The notes: generated from the sequence alone by a model not told the origin. DNA of 64,000 nucleotides from an uncultured Planctomycetaceae bacterium (GCA_963833985.1 CAWIAD010000001.1:1536001-1600000), one strand, 5' to 3'. Positions 40,796 through 50,532 are shown, counted from the first letter of the stretch. Numbers and translations are program-made.

Positions 40796-43700
40796 ATGAA
40801 TGGATTGATACGAGCCTCGCTGGGGAACCCCTACGCGGTGACGGTCATGTCGTTGACATTGATCGTCCTGGGGGCACTCAGTATCACATTGATTCCGATT
40901 GATATTCTGCCCATCTTCCGCAGCCCTGCCGTGCAGACGCTCACCTTCTACAACGGCATGTCGGCCAACAGCATTGCCCACGACATCACCAACCGCATGG
41001 AGCGCTGGACCGGCCAGGCCAACGGCATGGCCCGCCAGGAGTCTCGGTCAATCCTCGGCGCCAGCGTCGTGCGCAACTACTTCCAGGGCGACGTCGATCC
41101 CAACGGGGCACTCACCCAGGTGAACTCGCTGGCACTCGCAGCCATTCCCAACTTGCCGCCAGGCACGCTGCCGCCGGTGGTCTTGCCGTACGACCCGACC
41201 TCGACCACACCCGTGTGCGTGGTCGCCGTGGATAGCGATAACCCGGCAAACAACGAGTCGGTCCTGTATGACGTGGGCCGGTACGAGGTGCGCAACATGA
41301 TCATGGGCCAGCCGGGAGCCGTGGCACCGGTGGTCTACGGCGGCAAGGTCCGCGCGGTCATGGCCTATCTCGATCGCCAGAAGATGCAGGCGCGCAATCT
41401 GTCGGCCGTGGACGTGATGAACGCACTGAACGCCGGCAACGTGTTCCTGCCCACCGGCGACGCCAAGTTCGGCGACCTGGACTATGTCATCGATTCCAAC
41501 TCGATGTACCTGAACGTGGCGGATATGGGCGACATTCCGGTGCGCATCGAGGAGGGGAACGCCACATACCTGAAAGACGTCGCCACGCCGATGGATGCCA
41601 ATTACATCCAGACCAACGTGGTGCGGGTCAACGGCAAGCGGGAAGTCTACATTCCCGTGTTCCGCCAGCTTGGCGCCAGCACACTGCGCGTGGTCAGCAA
41701 CCTGAGAGACTCTCTCAAGGAGATGGAGGGAAAGCTGACGCGCTCGGGCATCAGCCTGAAGCTGGTGCTTGACCAGTCGGTGTACGTGCGGAAGTCTATC
41801 GAAGCTCTCGTGCAGGAGGGCTTGCTCGGAGCGGTCCTGTGCTCACTGGTCATCCTCATGTTCCTGGGCGAATGGCGCATGACCGGCATCGCGATCATGA
41901 CCTTGCCGATCTCCTGCCTTGCCTGCTGCGCCGCCTTGTTCTTCACCGGCCAGACAATCAATACCATGACCCTGGCGGGAATGACGCTGGCGATCGGGCC
42001 CATGATTGATAGCGCGATCATCTGCCTTGAGAACACGCACCGGCACCTGGGTATGGGTGTGACCCCGCGCGAGGCGGCGTTCCTGGGCGCCAGCGAGGTG
42101 GCCATGCCGGAACTGGTCTCCACGCTTTGCACGTTCCTGGTGCTTTCGCCCCTGGTGCTCACTCCTGGGCTCGGGCAGTTCCTCTTCAAGCCCATGGCCA
42201 TGGCCGTGGCGTTCTCGATGATTGCCGCCTACCTTCTGTCCCGAACGCTGGTGCCGGCCTGCTCGGCGTTCTGGCTCAAGCCCCACGCCAGCCACGGCCC
42301 CGCGCATGCCAGTCACGGTGAAGGCGCGGACCCGCATGCCGACCACGGCAAGGCCGAGCCGGAGACGTTCACGATCAATGGCAATGGCAATGGCCATGAG
42401 CCACAAGGGAACATCATCTCCCGCGCCTTCCACCGCTGGGAGCGGATGATCGACGCGGGCATCGAGAAGTACGTCCAGGGTCTCGACTTCGTACTACGGC
42501 ACAAGATCCCCACGCTCATTGTGGCGTACAGCCTCCTGGCCCTGACGATCGTATTCCTCTGGCCGGTGCTGCGCAAGGAATTCTTCCCTGAGGTCGACGC
42601 CGGCTCGTTCGAGATGTACGTGCGGGCCCCCTCTGGAATGCGAATCGAGGAGACCGAGAAACGCATTACCGGGGTCGAAGACTTCGTACGCAAGGTCATC
42701 GATAAGGAAGACCTGCAACTGGTGCTCTCGGAGCTGGGTGTCACCTCCGACTGGTCAGCGGCCTACACGCCCAATGCGGGCCCGATGGATACTGTGCTGA
42801 AGATTCAGCTCACGGCGGAGCGCAAGAAATCGGCCCAGGAGTACGTTGCCGAGCTGCGCAAGGGGTTTGCGGCCAATTCCGAGTTCAGCAACCTGGAGTT
42901 TGCCTTCGATGCCGGCGGCATGGTGCGCTCGGCCATGAACGAGGGCAAGTCAACGCCCATCAGCGTGCGTGTCGTCGCCAAGGATCAAAAGATCGCCCAC
43001 CGGGTGGCGTCGATGATCCAGAGCGACGTGCAGAAGATCGAGGGAGTGGTGGACGCCCGGGTCATCCAGCGCCTCGATTATCCGGAGTTCCTGATTGACG
43101 TCGACCGGGCCAAGTCGGCCCAGCTCGGCCTCACCCAGTCCGATGTGATGAAGGAGATCATCGCCGCGCTCAATTCGAGCATCCAGTTCGACAAGCACAA
43201 CTTCTGGATCGACCCGGTGAGCAAGAACCAGTACTACGTCGGCGTCTCGTATCCTGAAAAGGACATCAAGTCGATCGACACGGTGCTCGACATTCCGATC
43301 ACCAGTCCGGTGCAGAAGATGGCGGTGCCGATGCGGAACGTCGTCAAGATCAAGCGGCTACCGGTGCCCACCGAGGTCACGCACTACAACATCCAGCCCA
43401 CGATCGAGCTGACCATGGGTGTGCATGAGCGCGACCTCGGGCACGTCTCCGAGGACGTGGCCAAGGCAATTGATAAGTACGGTAAGCCGGGCAAATCGGG
43501 CGTATGGGCGACCTACGATCCCACCAGCAGCGACCATCGCTTGCTGGTCGGCAGCAAGATCGTCCTGAGCGGTGAATATCTCCGCATGAAGGACACGTTC
43601 AACAGCCTGGGCGTGGGCCTCTGCCTGGCATCGCTGCTCATTTACTTTCTGATGGTGGGCCTGGACAAGTCATTTCTTGTTCCGCTGACCGTCATGCTGA

Positions 43701-44209
43701 TTGTGCCACTGTGCCTCATCGGCATCATGCCCATGCTGCTTGTGACGGGCTCGGCCGTGAACGTGCAGTCGCTCCTGGGCTTCATCTTCATCGTGGGCAT
43801 CAAGGTGGCGAACTCGGTGCTCATGACCGATTACGCCCAGGAATTGCGCCGGCACGAGGGCCTCTCGCCCATGCAGGCCATTCGCAAGGCGGCCGGTCTC
43901 CGCGTGCGGCCGATCACGATGACGGCCCTGGCGGCCTTCTTCGCTCTCATCCCCGGCGCCATGGCGCTGGAGCGCGGCAGCGAGGCGAATGCACCGCTCG
44001 CCCGCGCAATTCTCGGCGGACTGATGGCCGGCGAGCCGGCAACGCTCTTCGTCTTGCCGGTACTCTACGCGATGTTCATCCGCGACACGCCTGAGACCGA
44101 CGAGCAACGCCGGGCGCGCCTGGCCAACCATACCTCCGCTGATCACGGCCAGGCCGATCCGCCGCCGGCCGATGAATGGAACGAAGACCAGCATCGGGAG
44201 GGCTTTTAA
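40796..44209 (+). CDS. RND efflux transporter permease (AcrB/CusA superfamily)
   Basis: IPIDILP, IGPMIDSAIICLEN (TM4), KEFFPEVDAG, GIKVANSVL and RVRPITMT; His-rich central cytoplasmic loop. Confidence 0.95.
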   Translation: MNGLIRASLGNPYAVTVMSLTLIVLGALSITLIPIDILPIFRSPAVQTLTFYNGMSANSIAHDITNRMERWTGQANGMARQESRSILGASVVRNYFQGDVDPNGALTQVNSLALAAIPNLPPGTLPPVVLPYDPTSTTPVCVVAVDSDNPANNESVLYDVGRYEVRNMIMGQPGAVAPVVYGGKVRAVMAYLDRQKMQARNLSAVDVMNALNAGNVFLPTGDAKFGDLDYVIDSNSMYLNVADMGDIPVRIEEGNATYLKDVATPMDANYIQTNVVRVNGKREVYIPVFRQLGASTLRVVSNLRDSLKEMEGKLTRSGISLKLVLDQSVYVRKSIEALVQEGLLGAVLCSLVILMFLGEWRMTGIAIMTLPISCLACCAALFFTGQTINTMTLAGMTLAIGPMIDSAIICLENTHRHLGMGVTPREAAFLGASEVAMPELVSTLCTFLVLSPLVLTPGLGQFLFKPMAMAVAFSMIAAYLLSRTLVPACSAFWLKPHASHGPAHASHGEGADPHADHGKAEPETFTINGNGNGHEPQGNIISRAFHRWERMIDAGIEKYVQGLDFVLRHKIPTLIVAYSLLALTIVFLWPVLRKEFFPEVDAGSFEMYVRAPSGMRIEETEKRITGVEDFVRKVIDKEDLQLVLSELGVTSDWSAAYTPNAGPMDTVLKIQLTAERKKSAQEYVAELRKGFAANSEFSNLEFAFDAGGMVRSAMNEGKSTPISVRVVAKDQKIAHRVASMIQSDVQKIEGVVDARVIQRLDYPEFLIDVDRAKSAQLGLTQSDVMKEIIAALNSSIQFDKHNFWIDPVSKNQYYVGVSYPEKDIKSIDTVLDIPITSPVQKMAVPMRNVVKIKRLPVPTEVTHYNIQPTIELTMGVHERDLGHVSEDVAKAIDKYGKPGKSGVWATYDPTSSDHRLLVGSKIVLSGEYLRMKDTFNSLGVGLCLASLLIYFLMVGLDKSFLVPLTVMLIVPLCLIGIMPMLLVTGSAVNVQSLLGFIFIVGIKVANSVLMTDYAQELRRHEGLSPMQAIRKAAGLRVRPITMTALAAFFALIPGAMALERGSEANAPLARAILGGLMAGEPATLFVLPVLYAMFIRDTPETDEQRRARLANHTSADHGQADPPPADEWNEDQHREGF

Positions 44210-44233
44210 GTAAACCCACGCGGGACGCTGCCG

Positions 44234-44284
44234 CCGGCGCGGGCACCCCTTACCGGGGCCACCCGCGCCGGGTTTCGACTTTTC
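44234..44284 (+). terminator. GC-rich hairpin, possible weak terminator between the RND permease and the mdh-like gene
   Basis: Stem ccggcgcggg/cccgcgccgg with an inner cccc/gggg pairing, followed by tttcgactttt. Confidence 0.5.
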
Positions 44285-44309
44285 CTCAGCCCTGACAAGG
44301 AGCAACGCC

Positions 44310-45311
44310 TTGGCCATAACACGGCCGATCCATGTCGCCATCTCCGGAGCAGCCGGTCGCGTCGCTTATGCGCTGTTCTTCCGGATTGCCAACGGCGGGC
44401 TGTTCGGCCGGGATCAGCCCGTTACCCTCAGTCTGCTTGACCTTCCCGACCGCCGCAACGTGCTGGAAGCGCACGCCATGGAGCTGCGGGACTGCGCTTT
44501 TCCGCTGCTCCGCGAGCTTCGCTTCGGTACCGAGCCGGTCAAGATGTTCCGAGATGCGGACTGGGTCGTCTTGCTGGGCGGCAAACGCCTCGACTCGAAT
44601 ACGCAGTCCCGGATGGACCTGCTCCATCAGAATGCGCCGGTCATGATAGACCACGCCCGGGCGATCAACCAGGCGTCTCCCAAGGCCAGGGTGCTGGTAG
44701 TGGCCAGCCCATGCAATACCAACTGCCTGGTCGGCATGACGCATGCGCACGACGTACCCAAAGAACACTGGTTTGCCTTGAACCAGGTGATCCGGTCACG
44801 GGCGGCCGCTCTGGTCGCAGAGAAGGCCGGGGTACATGTCGCCGAGGTCACGCGGCTGACTGCGTGGGGAAACAATAGCGAGTGCGCCTTTGTGGATCTT
44901 CAGAATGCCCGGATTGGTGAAAAACCTGCGCTCCAGGTCATTGGCGATCCGAAATGGGTCGAAGAGGAGTTTGATCGCGGGCTGTCCTTCCACTTTCGCG
45001 AGGTCGTGCGCCGCACTGGTGAGACGCCGGCAGGCTCGACAGCGCATGCAATCCTGACGACGATCCGCGCCATCATCACGCCCACGCCTTTCGACCACTG
45101 GTTCGGCGCGGGGGTCGTCTCCGACGGTACCTACTACGAGATTCCCAAGGGCCTGGTATTCGGGTTCCCACTGCAAACCACCGACGGGAAGCGATGGTCA
45201 ATCCCCCGGGAACACTACCTCGACCCCCGGGCCAGGGAGCGGATTGCTGAAAACGTTGCCGAGCTGGAGCTGGAAGCCATGGCCGTTTCGCACTTGCTGG
45301 GCAAGACCTGA
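44310..45311 (+). CDS. Malate dehydrogenase (type 2) homolog with substituted catalytic residues
   Basis: TTG start after AAGGAG; GAAGRVAYAL, MELRDCAFPLL, PCNTN and GLVFGFP. It has WGNNS in place of WGNHS and LNQVIRSRA in place of MTRLDHNRA. Confidence 0.85.
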   Translation: MAITRPIHVAISGAAGRVAYALFFRIANGGLFGRDQPVTLSLLDLPDRRNVLEAHAMELRDCAFPLLRELRFGTEPVKMFRDADWVVLLGGKRLDSNTQSRMDLLHQNAPVMIDHARAINQASPKARVLVVASPCNTNCLVGMTHAHDVPKEHWFALNQVIRSRAAALVAEKAGVHVAEVTRLTAWGNNSECAFVDLQNARIGEKPALQVIGDPKWVEEEFDRGLSFHFREVVRRTGETPAGSTAHAILTTIRAIITPTPFDHWFGAGVVSDGTYYEIPKGLVFGFPLQTTDGKRWSIPREHYLDPRARERIAENVAELELEAMAVSHLLGKT

Positions 45312-45379
45312 TCGGAGCCAGCATTGCACACCTGGCGGCGATGCCGACTTTCTTCCCAAACAACTTGCCGGTAGAGCTT

Positions 45380-45763
45380 ATGCCGTCCTGGCTCATATTC
45401 GTGATGATCGGGATGGTGGGAGGCTTCGCGGCCGGGCTCTTCGGTGTCGGGGGCGGCATCGTGATCGTGCCGGCCCTTGTTTACTGGGCCGGATTCAGCC
45501 AGCACAAGGCGACTGGAACCAGCCTGGCGGTTCTCCTGCCGCCCGTCGGCCTGGCGGCGGCCCTGGAATACTACCGTCACGGCCACGTCGACGTGCGCGC
45601 AGCCATCGTCCTGGCGACGATGATGATCCTGGGTGCCTGGCTGGGTGCCCACGTGGCCAACCGGATGAGCGGTCCTTACCTGCGCCTCACGTTCGGACTT
45701 TTCGTTTGCACCATGGGCGTCTACCTCATCTACGGAGCCTGCCGGCGGCTGGGGTGGTTCTAG
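45380..45763 (+). CDS. Half-size TauE/SafE (TSUP) family membrane protein
   Basis: GLFGVGGGIVIVPAL, QHKATGTSLAVLLPP and GAWLGA; about 4 TM helices. Confidence 0.88.
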   Translation: MPSWLIFVMIGMVGGFAAGLFGVGGGIVIVPALVYWAGFSQHKATGTSLAVLLPPVGLAAALEYYRHGHVDVRAAIVLATMMILGAWLGAHVANRMSGPYLRLTFGLFVCTMGVYLIYGACRRLGWF

Positions 45764-45816
45764 CCGGCACATTGAGTTTCGCGAATCGAGGCTCGGGCGA
45801 CCCTATCCACGAATCA

Positions 45817-47970
45817 TTAGCCTTTTGTGCGGGCCTTGACGGAGACCGGCTGGCCATCGCGGACTTCCGGTCCCGGATCAAGTATCACGGTATCGCCCGG
45901 TTTCAAGCCATCGAGCACTTCCACCCTGTTGCCACTCTCCTCACCGGTCCGGACGCGGGTGCGCACGGCGTGTCCGCCGACGATCAGAAAACAATGCTGC
46001 TCGACACCGCCCGCGCCGGCGATGAGGGCGGATCGGGGTATCGCGAGCACACCCTGCCGGTGTTGCAGGTGAATCGTCGCACTGCCGTACTGGCCCGGTT
46101 TCAGTCGGCCGTCCTGATTCTCCAGATCGATCTCTGCCCTGACGGTCCGATCGGCCGGGTCAAGAGCGGCAGCCGTCCTGGAGATGGTTCCCTCGTAGGC
46201 GGGCCCGTGACGGGAGTCAATCTGCACCGTCGCCCGATCGCCCTTGTCAAGGAAGGCCGCATCGGCGTCCGGAACCGCGACAATGACCCTGACCTTGCCC
46301 GTCTTTATCAGGGTAAGCAGGGGCGCAGCACCCGCGACGTCGCCCGAACGAACATAATCGGCCACGTGGCAGTTTCGCGCAGTCACGACACCGTCCCAGG
46401 GCGCGGTAATCACTGCGTAGCTTGACAGTGCGCGTGCTTTCGAGAAGTCCGCCTCGGCAATCAGGACGCTGGCCTTGTATCCGTCCAGCTCCGCTTTCGC
46501 GGCCGTGAGCTTTGCCTTCGCTTCGATGATGTTCGCGGCCGCCTTCGCCCTGCGTGCTCGGGAGACGTTCAAGGCCGAGCTTGCCGTCTCGACTCCGTCC
46601 ATCGCTTGATCCACGATTCGTGGTTCAACGGCGTTCCGGGCAGCGAGTTCCTTGATCCGCGTGAGCGATTTTTCCCGGAAGGTGAGCTGAGCCTCGTCCC
46701 CCTGCAACTGGGCGGAGGCGGCTTGAGCCCCTGCTTTTTCCGCGTCCAGCGACGCCTCGGCGACTTGGATCGCTGATGTGGCCGAGTCCAGCCGGGCTCT
46801 GGCCAGCTGCACCATGACTCCGGCCTTGTCCTCCTCGGCACGAAGCTCGGGCACGTGGATTTCGGCCAGGATCTGGCCACGCTTGACAGCGTCACCCAGG
46901 TCGACATTCAGCTTGATCAGGTAGCCCGAAATCTTCGAGACGATGTCCACGGAGTCAAAAGCCTGGACTGTTGCGGCCTGGCGCGTCTCTCTCTGAAAGT
47001 CAGCCCTCTCGGCCGTGGCGGCAGCCACTTCAACAACTGGCCCCGGAGTCGCCTGTCCCGTGGGAGAGGTCCGTGCCATCGCCAGCGCCGTGACGACCAG
47101 AATGGAGAAAACCGAGAGGCAAGCCAGAGCGAGCGCCGCCATCGATTTCAAGCTCGACAGGAACATGGCCCTGAGCCCTCCTTCCACAAGCGCGGTGATA
47201 AAAACCGTTGTACTTGCCGCCCGCCCCGAAGCGATCTCCGACGCGCCCCGGACGACCGAATTCACCAGTTCTCCTGTGCATGCACCATCAGCGGCAACGT
47301 CCAGGCAAGCGGTCATGACGGCAGGAGCCAGTCCGCGCCGCAGCAGGCGGCCGCGTAACAGCTCCCTGGCACGGGCCAGGCGAACCTTCACCGTACCAAC
47401 GGGCGCGTGCAGCCGCACCGCGGCCTGCTCGTGAGTCAGACCTTCCAGGTAGCAGAGGATGATGGGCAGCCGGTATTTCTCCGGCAAGCGGGCGACCTCC
47501 TCATGCACCTCCACGAGTTCGTTCGGAGCAACGGGTTCGGAGGCCGGCAGCTCCAGCGGGAACAACTCGTGCCCTTCGCGGGTGCGCCTGAGAGCGCTCT
47601 GCTGGCGTGCCCTCAGGGACACCCGCCGGGCCACGGCCAAGAGCCACCCCGCCAGGCACTGCCGATTCCGGAGGCTCTCAGCCTTCCGCGCCAGGATGAA
47701 GAAGGTGGCCTGGAAGGCATCTTCGGCGGCGTGTCGATGACCAATGATCCCCAGGCACGTGCGCTGCACCATGGGACCGTGCCGCTCGACCAGCGCGCTG
47801 AAGGCCGCCTCGGAGAGGTCGCCGTGCCTGAGCACATAACAGCCGAGCAGATGACTGTCCGACTGCGCACCGACATGACCGGCACGGAAGAGCGTGCGCA
47901 ATCGACCGGCAAGCGTTCCTGCACTGCTGCTTTCCAAGGTCGGCCTCCCGGAAATGCGCGAATCTATCAT
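45817..47970 (-). CDS. Membrane-anchored ECF sigma-70 factor fused to an RND periplasmic adaptor domain
   Basis: Sigma2 AFSALVERHGPMV...AEDAFQATF and sigma4 LPEKYRLPIILCYLEGLTHEQAA...GTVKVRLARAR, then a TM helix, then a complete MFP (SKISGYL, ITAPWDGVV, RTVRAEIDLEN) in one uninterrupted ORF. Confidence 0.92.
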   Translation of the reverse strand: MIDSRISGRPTLESSSAGTLAGRLRTLFRAGHVGAQSDSHLLGCYVLRHGDLSEAAFSALVERHGPMVQRTCLGIIGHRHAAEDAFQATFFILARKAESLRNRQCLAGWLLAVARRVSLRARQQSALRRTREGHELFPLELPASEPVAPNELVEVHEEVARLPEKYRLPIILCYLEGLTHEQAAVRLHAPVGTVKVRLARARELLRGRLLRRGLAPAVMTACLDVAADGACTGELVNSVVRGASEIASGRAASTTVFITALVEGGLRAMFLSSLKSMAALALACLSVFSILVVTALAMARTSPTGQATPGPVVEVAAATAERADFQRETRQAATVQAFDSVDIVSKISGYLIKLNVDLGDAVKRGQILAEIHVPELRAEEDKAGVMVQLARARLDSATSAIQVAEASLDAEKAGAQAASAQLQGDEAQLTFREKSLTRIKELAARNAVEPRIVDQAMDGVETASSALNVSRARRAKAAANIIEAKAKLTAAKAELDGYKASVLIAEADFSKARALSSYAVITAPWDGVVTARNCHVADYVRSGDVAGAAPLLTLIKTGKVRVIVAVPDADAAFLDKGDRATVQIDSRHGPAYEGTISRTAAALDPADRTVRAEIDLENQDGRLKPGQYGSATIHLQHRQGVLAIPRSALIAGAGGVEQHCFLIVGGHAVRTRVRTGEESGNRVEVLDGLKPGDTVILDPGPEVRDGQPVSVKARTKG

Positions 47971-48209
47971 CAGAGAGCCACGAGGGGCTGAGGGCCGTTT
48001 CACTTTTCCTGGAATCGCCGCTGGTCTTGCGCCGGGAGATCCTCCCGGACCTCTTGACGGTTCTCCGGGCCCCTCGATACTCAGGGAAACTCCCGAACCG
48101 TTACACTGACAGGGTAACCGGGATCCGGGTATCGGGTGCGGAGAACCTGGGCGTCTTCGTTTTACCCGGCCAGATCCGGGACGCGCCTTGCCTGTTGAGG
48201 AAGACTGAC

Positions 48210-48893
48210 ATGGTGTTCTTCCTGCTGATGCTTTGCCGGCTGGAGTATCCGGAGCCGGACGTGCTCTTCAACGGCAAGAACCTGGACGGCTGGGTGGCCG
48301 AGGGCGTCAAGGAATTCCAGAAAGATGGTCGCATTCTGCCGGTGTGGTCCGTCGCAAACGGACATCTTGTCTGCACCGGCAAGGGCTTCGGCTTTCTCCG
48401 CTATGACCGTCGGGCCTTCTCCGACCTCCTGTTTCACCTCGAGTTTCGCATGGCGCCGGGCTGCAACAGCGGGGTGGGCATTCGCACCCGCCCGTTCGAT
48501 GCGGCCAGGTCGCGCGCCACGCGGCCTTCGTTCTACAGCTATGAGATTCAGTTGATGGATGATGCCGGCAAGCCACCCTCGGTGCATTCCAGCGGCTCGC
48601 TCTACCGCTACGTGGCCCCTCGCAAGAACCCGATGCGGCCCGCCGGCGAGTGGAACACCATGGAGATCGAGTGCGCCGGCCCGCGCATCAAGGTGGTCCT
48701 CAATGGCGAGCTCATCATCGATGTTGATCAGAGCACGATCCCCGCGCTGCGGCAGAAAGCGCTCGCGGGCAGCGTCTGCCTCCAGAACCACGGCGGCAAC
48801 ATCGAGTTTCGCTCGCTCTGGATCAGGGAGCGAAGCGGCACCGCGACGGCTGCCCGGAACGGCTCTGAGTCGTTGCAGCAACCCGGGCCCTGA
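48210..48893 (+). CDS. DUF1080 (3-keto-disaccharide hydrolase) domain protein
   Basis: LFNGKNLDGW, NSGVGIR, YEIQL, GEWNTMEI and LQNHG..IEFR. Confidence 0.9.
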   Translation: MVFFLLMLCRLEYPEPDVLFNGKNLDGWVAEGVKEFQKDGRILPVWSVANGHLVCTGKGFGFLRYDRRAFSDLLFHLEFRMAPGCNSGVGIRTRPFDAARSRATRPSFYSYEIQLMDDAGKPPSVHSSGSLYRYVAPRKNPMRPAGEWNTMEIECAGPRIKVVLNGELIIDVDQSTIPALRQKALAGSVCLQNHGGNIEFRSLWIRERSGTATAARNGSESLQQPGP

Positions 48894-49044
48894 GACCCTG
48901 AACCGGCCTGTCACTGTGCTTGACAGGATGCCGTCTCCACGATATCACACCCACGATCCACTTCCGGATTGCGCACCTCTCGGAAGCACCACGTCCATTT
49001 CAGCATGCATGGGCCGGTTATGACCGCCCTTCCGGAGTCCGTCT

Positions 49045-50493
49045 ATGCTGTTCAGCTCTCCGCTCTTCTTGTTCCTCTATCTGCCAGTCGTCCTGGCACT
49101 CTATTTCCTGGTCCCCCTGCGCCTCCGCAATCTCTTTCTGCTGGTGGCGAGCCTGCTGTTCTACATCTGGGGCGAGGGGAGCTACGTTCTGGTCATGCTG
49201 GGCATCATCGCCGTGAACCACGCGCTGGGATCGTGGGTGCAACGCGTCCCCGAGGGCCGCCCGTCCCGGCGCATCGTGGCCCTGGCGGTGGTGGTCAACC
49301 TCGGGCTGCTGATCGCGTTCAAGTATTCGAATTTTCTGGTTGATCAGATCAACGTAATCCTTGGAGCACTCCACTTGCGAGCAATCCGGCAGAAGCCGGT
49401 GCATCTGCCGCTGGGCATCTCGTTTTTCACGTTCCATGCCATATCCTATGTGATCGATGTCTCAAGGCGGCGGGTGCGCGCAGGCAAACCGCTGGATTTT
49501 GCGCTCTACCTGACCCTGTTCCCGCACGCGATCGCGGGCCCCATCGTCCGGTACGGAGACATCGCACAGCAGATCACCCACCGGATCATCACGACGGCTG
49601 GCTTCGCCGAAGGAGTGCGCCGGTTCATCCTGGGCCTTGCCAAGAAGGTGCTCGTGGCCAACACGGTCGCGGTTGCCGCGGACGCGATCTTCAAGCTGCC
49701 GGGGAGTGACTTGACGCTCGGTCTCTCCTGGCTGGGTGTCACCTGCTACACCTTGCAGATCTACTTTGATTTCTCAGGCTACTCGGACATGGCCATCGGG
49801 CTTGCGAAGATGTTTGGCATCGACTTCAAGGAGAACTTCAACTACCCCTACACCGCACAGTCGATCACCGATTTCTGGCGGCGCTGGCATATCTCGCTCT
49901 CCACCTGGTTTCGCGACTACCTGTACATTCCCCTGGGTGGAAATCGGTCAGGACCGTGGCGGACGTACCTGAACCTCATGCTGGTCTTCTTCCTGTGCGG
50001 GCTGTGGCATGGTGCGAGCTGGACCTTTGCCGCCTGGGGCCTGTTCCATGGCGCTTTCTTGATCCTGGAGCGCGGCCGGATCGGCCGGCTGGTGCAATCC
50101 CTCTGGTTGCCCGCGCGGCACGCGTACACGCTGCTGGTCGTCGCGGTGGGCTGGCTCCTCTTCCGGGCCGACACGGTAGCCCAGGCTCTGGTGTTTCTGC
50201 GGGCCATGGCCGGTCTGGGGCAGGGGAGTGGGATCGTCTATCACACGGGCCTCTATCTCGAAGCTCAGCTCGTTCTGGCCCTGCTGGCGGGGGTGCTGGC
50301 CTCGGCGCCGTTGCTGCCATGGCTTCAGGATGCGGGACGGAGAGTCCTCTCGGCGGGCCGCGGCCCGCTGGCGGCAGGCCTGCGCGTTGGAATGGCGACG
50401 ACCGAGCTCGCGGCTCTCTCGCTCTTGTTCCTGTGCTCGACCATGTTGCTCGCGGCCGGAACCTACAACCCTTTCATCTACTTCCGGTTCTGA
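49045..50493 (+). CDS. MBOAT O-acyltransferase, AlgI/PatA type
   Basis: MLFSS..FLF, LPLGISFFTF, QIYFDFSGYSDMAIG, FWRRWHISLSTWFRDYLYIPLGG, GLWHGA and YNPFIYFRF. Confidence 0.95.
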   Translation: MLFSSPLFLFLYLPVVLALYFLVPLRLRNLFLLVASLLFYIWGEGSYVLVMLGIIAVNHALGSWVQRVPEGRPSRRIVALAVVVNLGLLIAFKYSNFLVDQINVILGALHLRAIRQKPVHLPLGISFFTFHAISYVIDVSRRRVRAGKPLDFALYLTLFPHAIAGPIVRYGDIAQQITHRIITTAGFAEGVRRFILGLAKKVLVANTVAVAADAIFKLPGSDLTLGLSWLGVTCYTLQIYFDFSGYSDMAIGLAKMFGIDFKENFNYPYTAQSITDFWRRWHISLSTWFRDYLYIPLGGNRSGPWRTYLNLMLVFFLCGLWHGASWTFAAWGLFHGAFLILERGRIGRLVQSLWLPARHAYTLLVVAVGWLLFRADTVAQALVFLRAMAGLGQGSGIVYHTGLYLEAQLVLALLAGVLASAPLLPWLQDAGRRVLSAGRGPLAAGLRVGMATTELAALSLLFLCSTMLLAAGTYNPFIYFRF

Positions 50494-50532
50494 GGCTTGC
50501 CGCCCGGTCGGGCGCGAAGGAGTGCCGCAAGG

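Noticed and set aside
44310..45311. Assigning the gene symbol mdh
   Set aside because: The catalytic His and Asp are absent, so the functional name is not justified.
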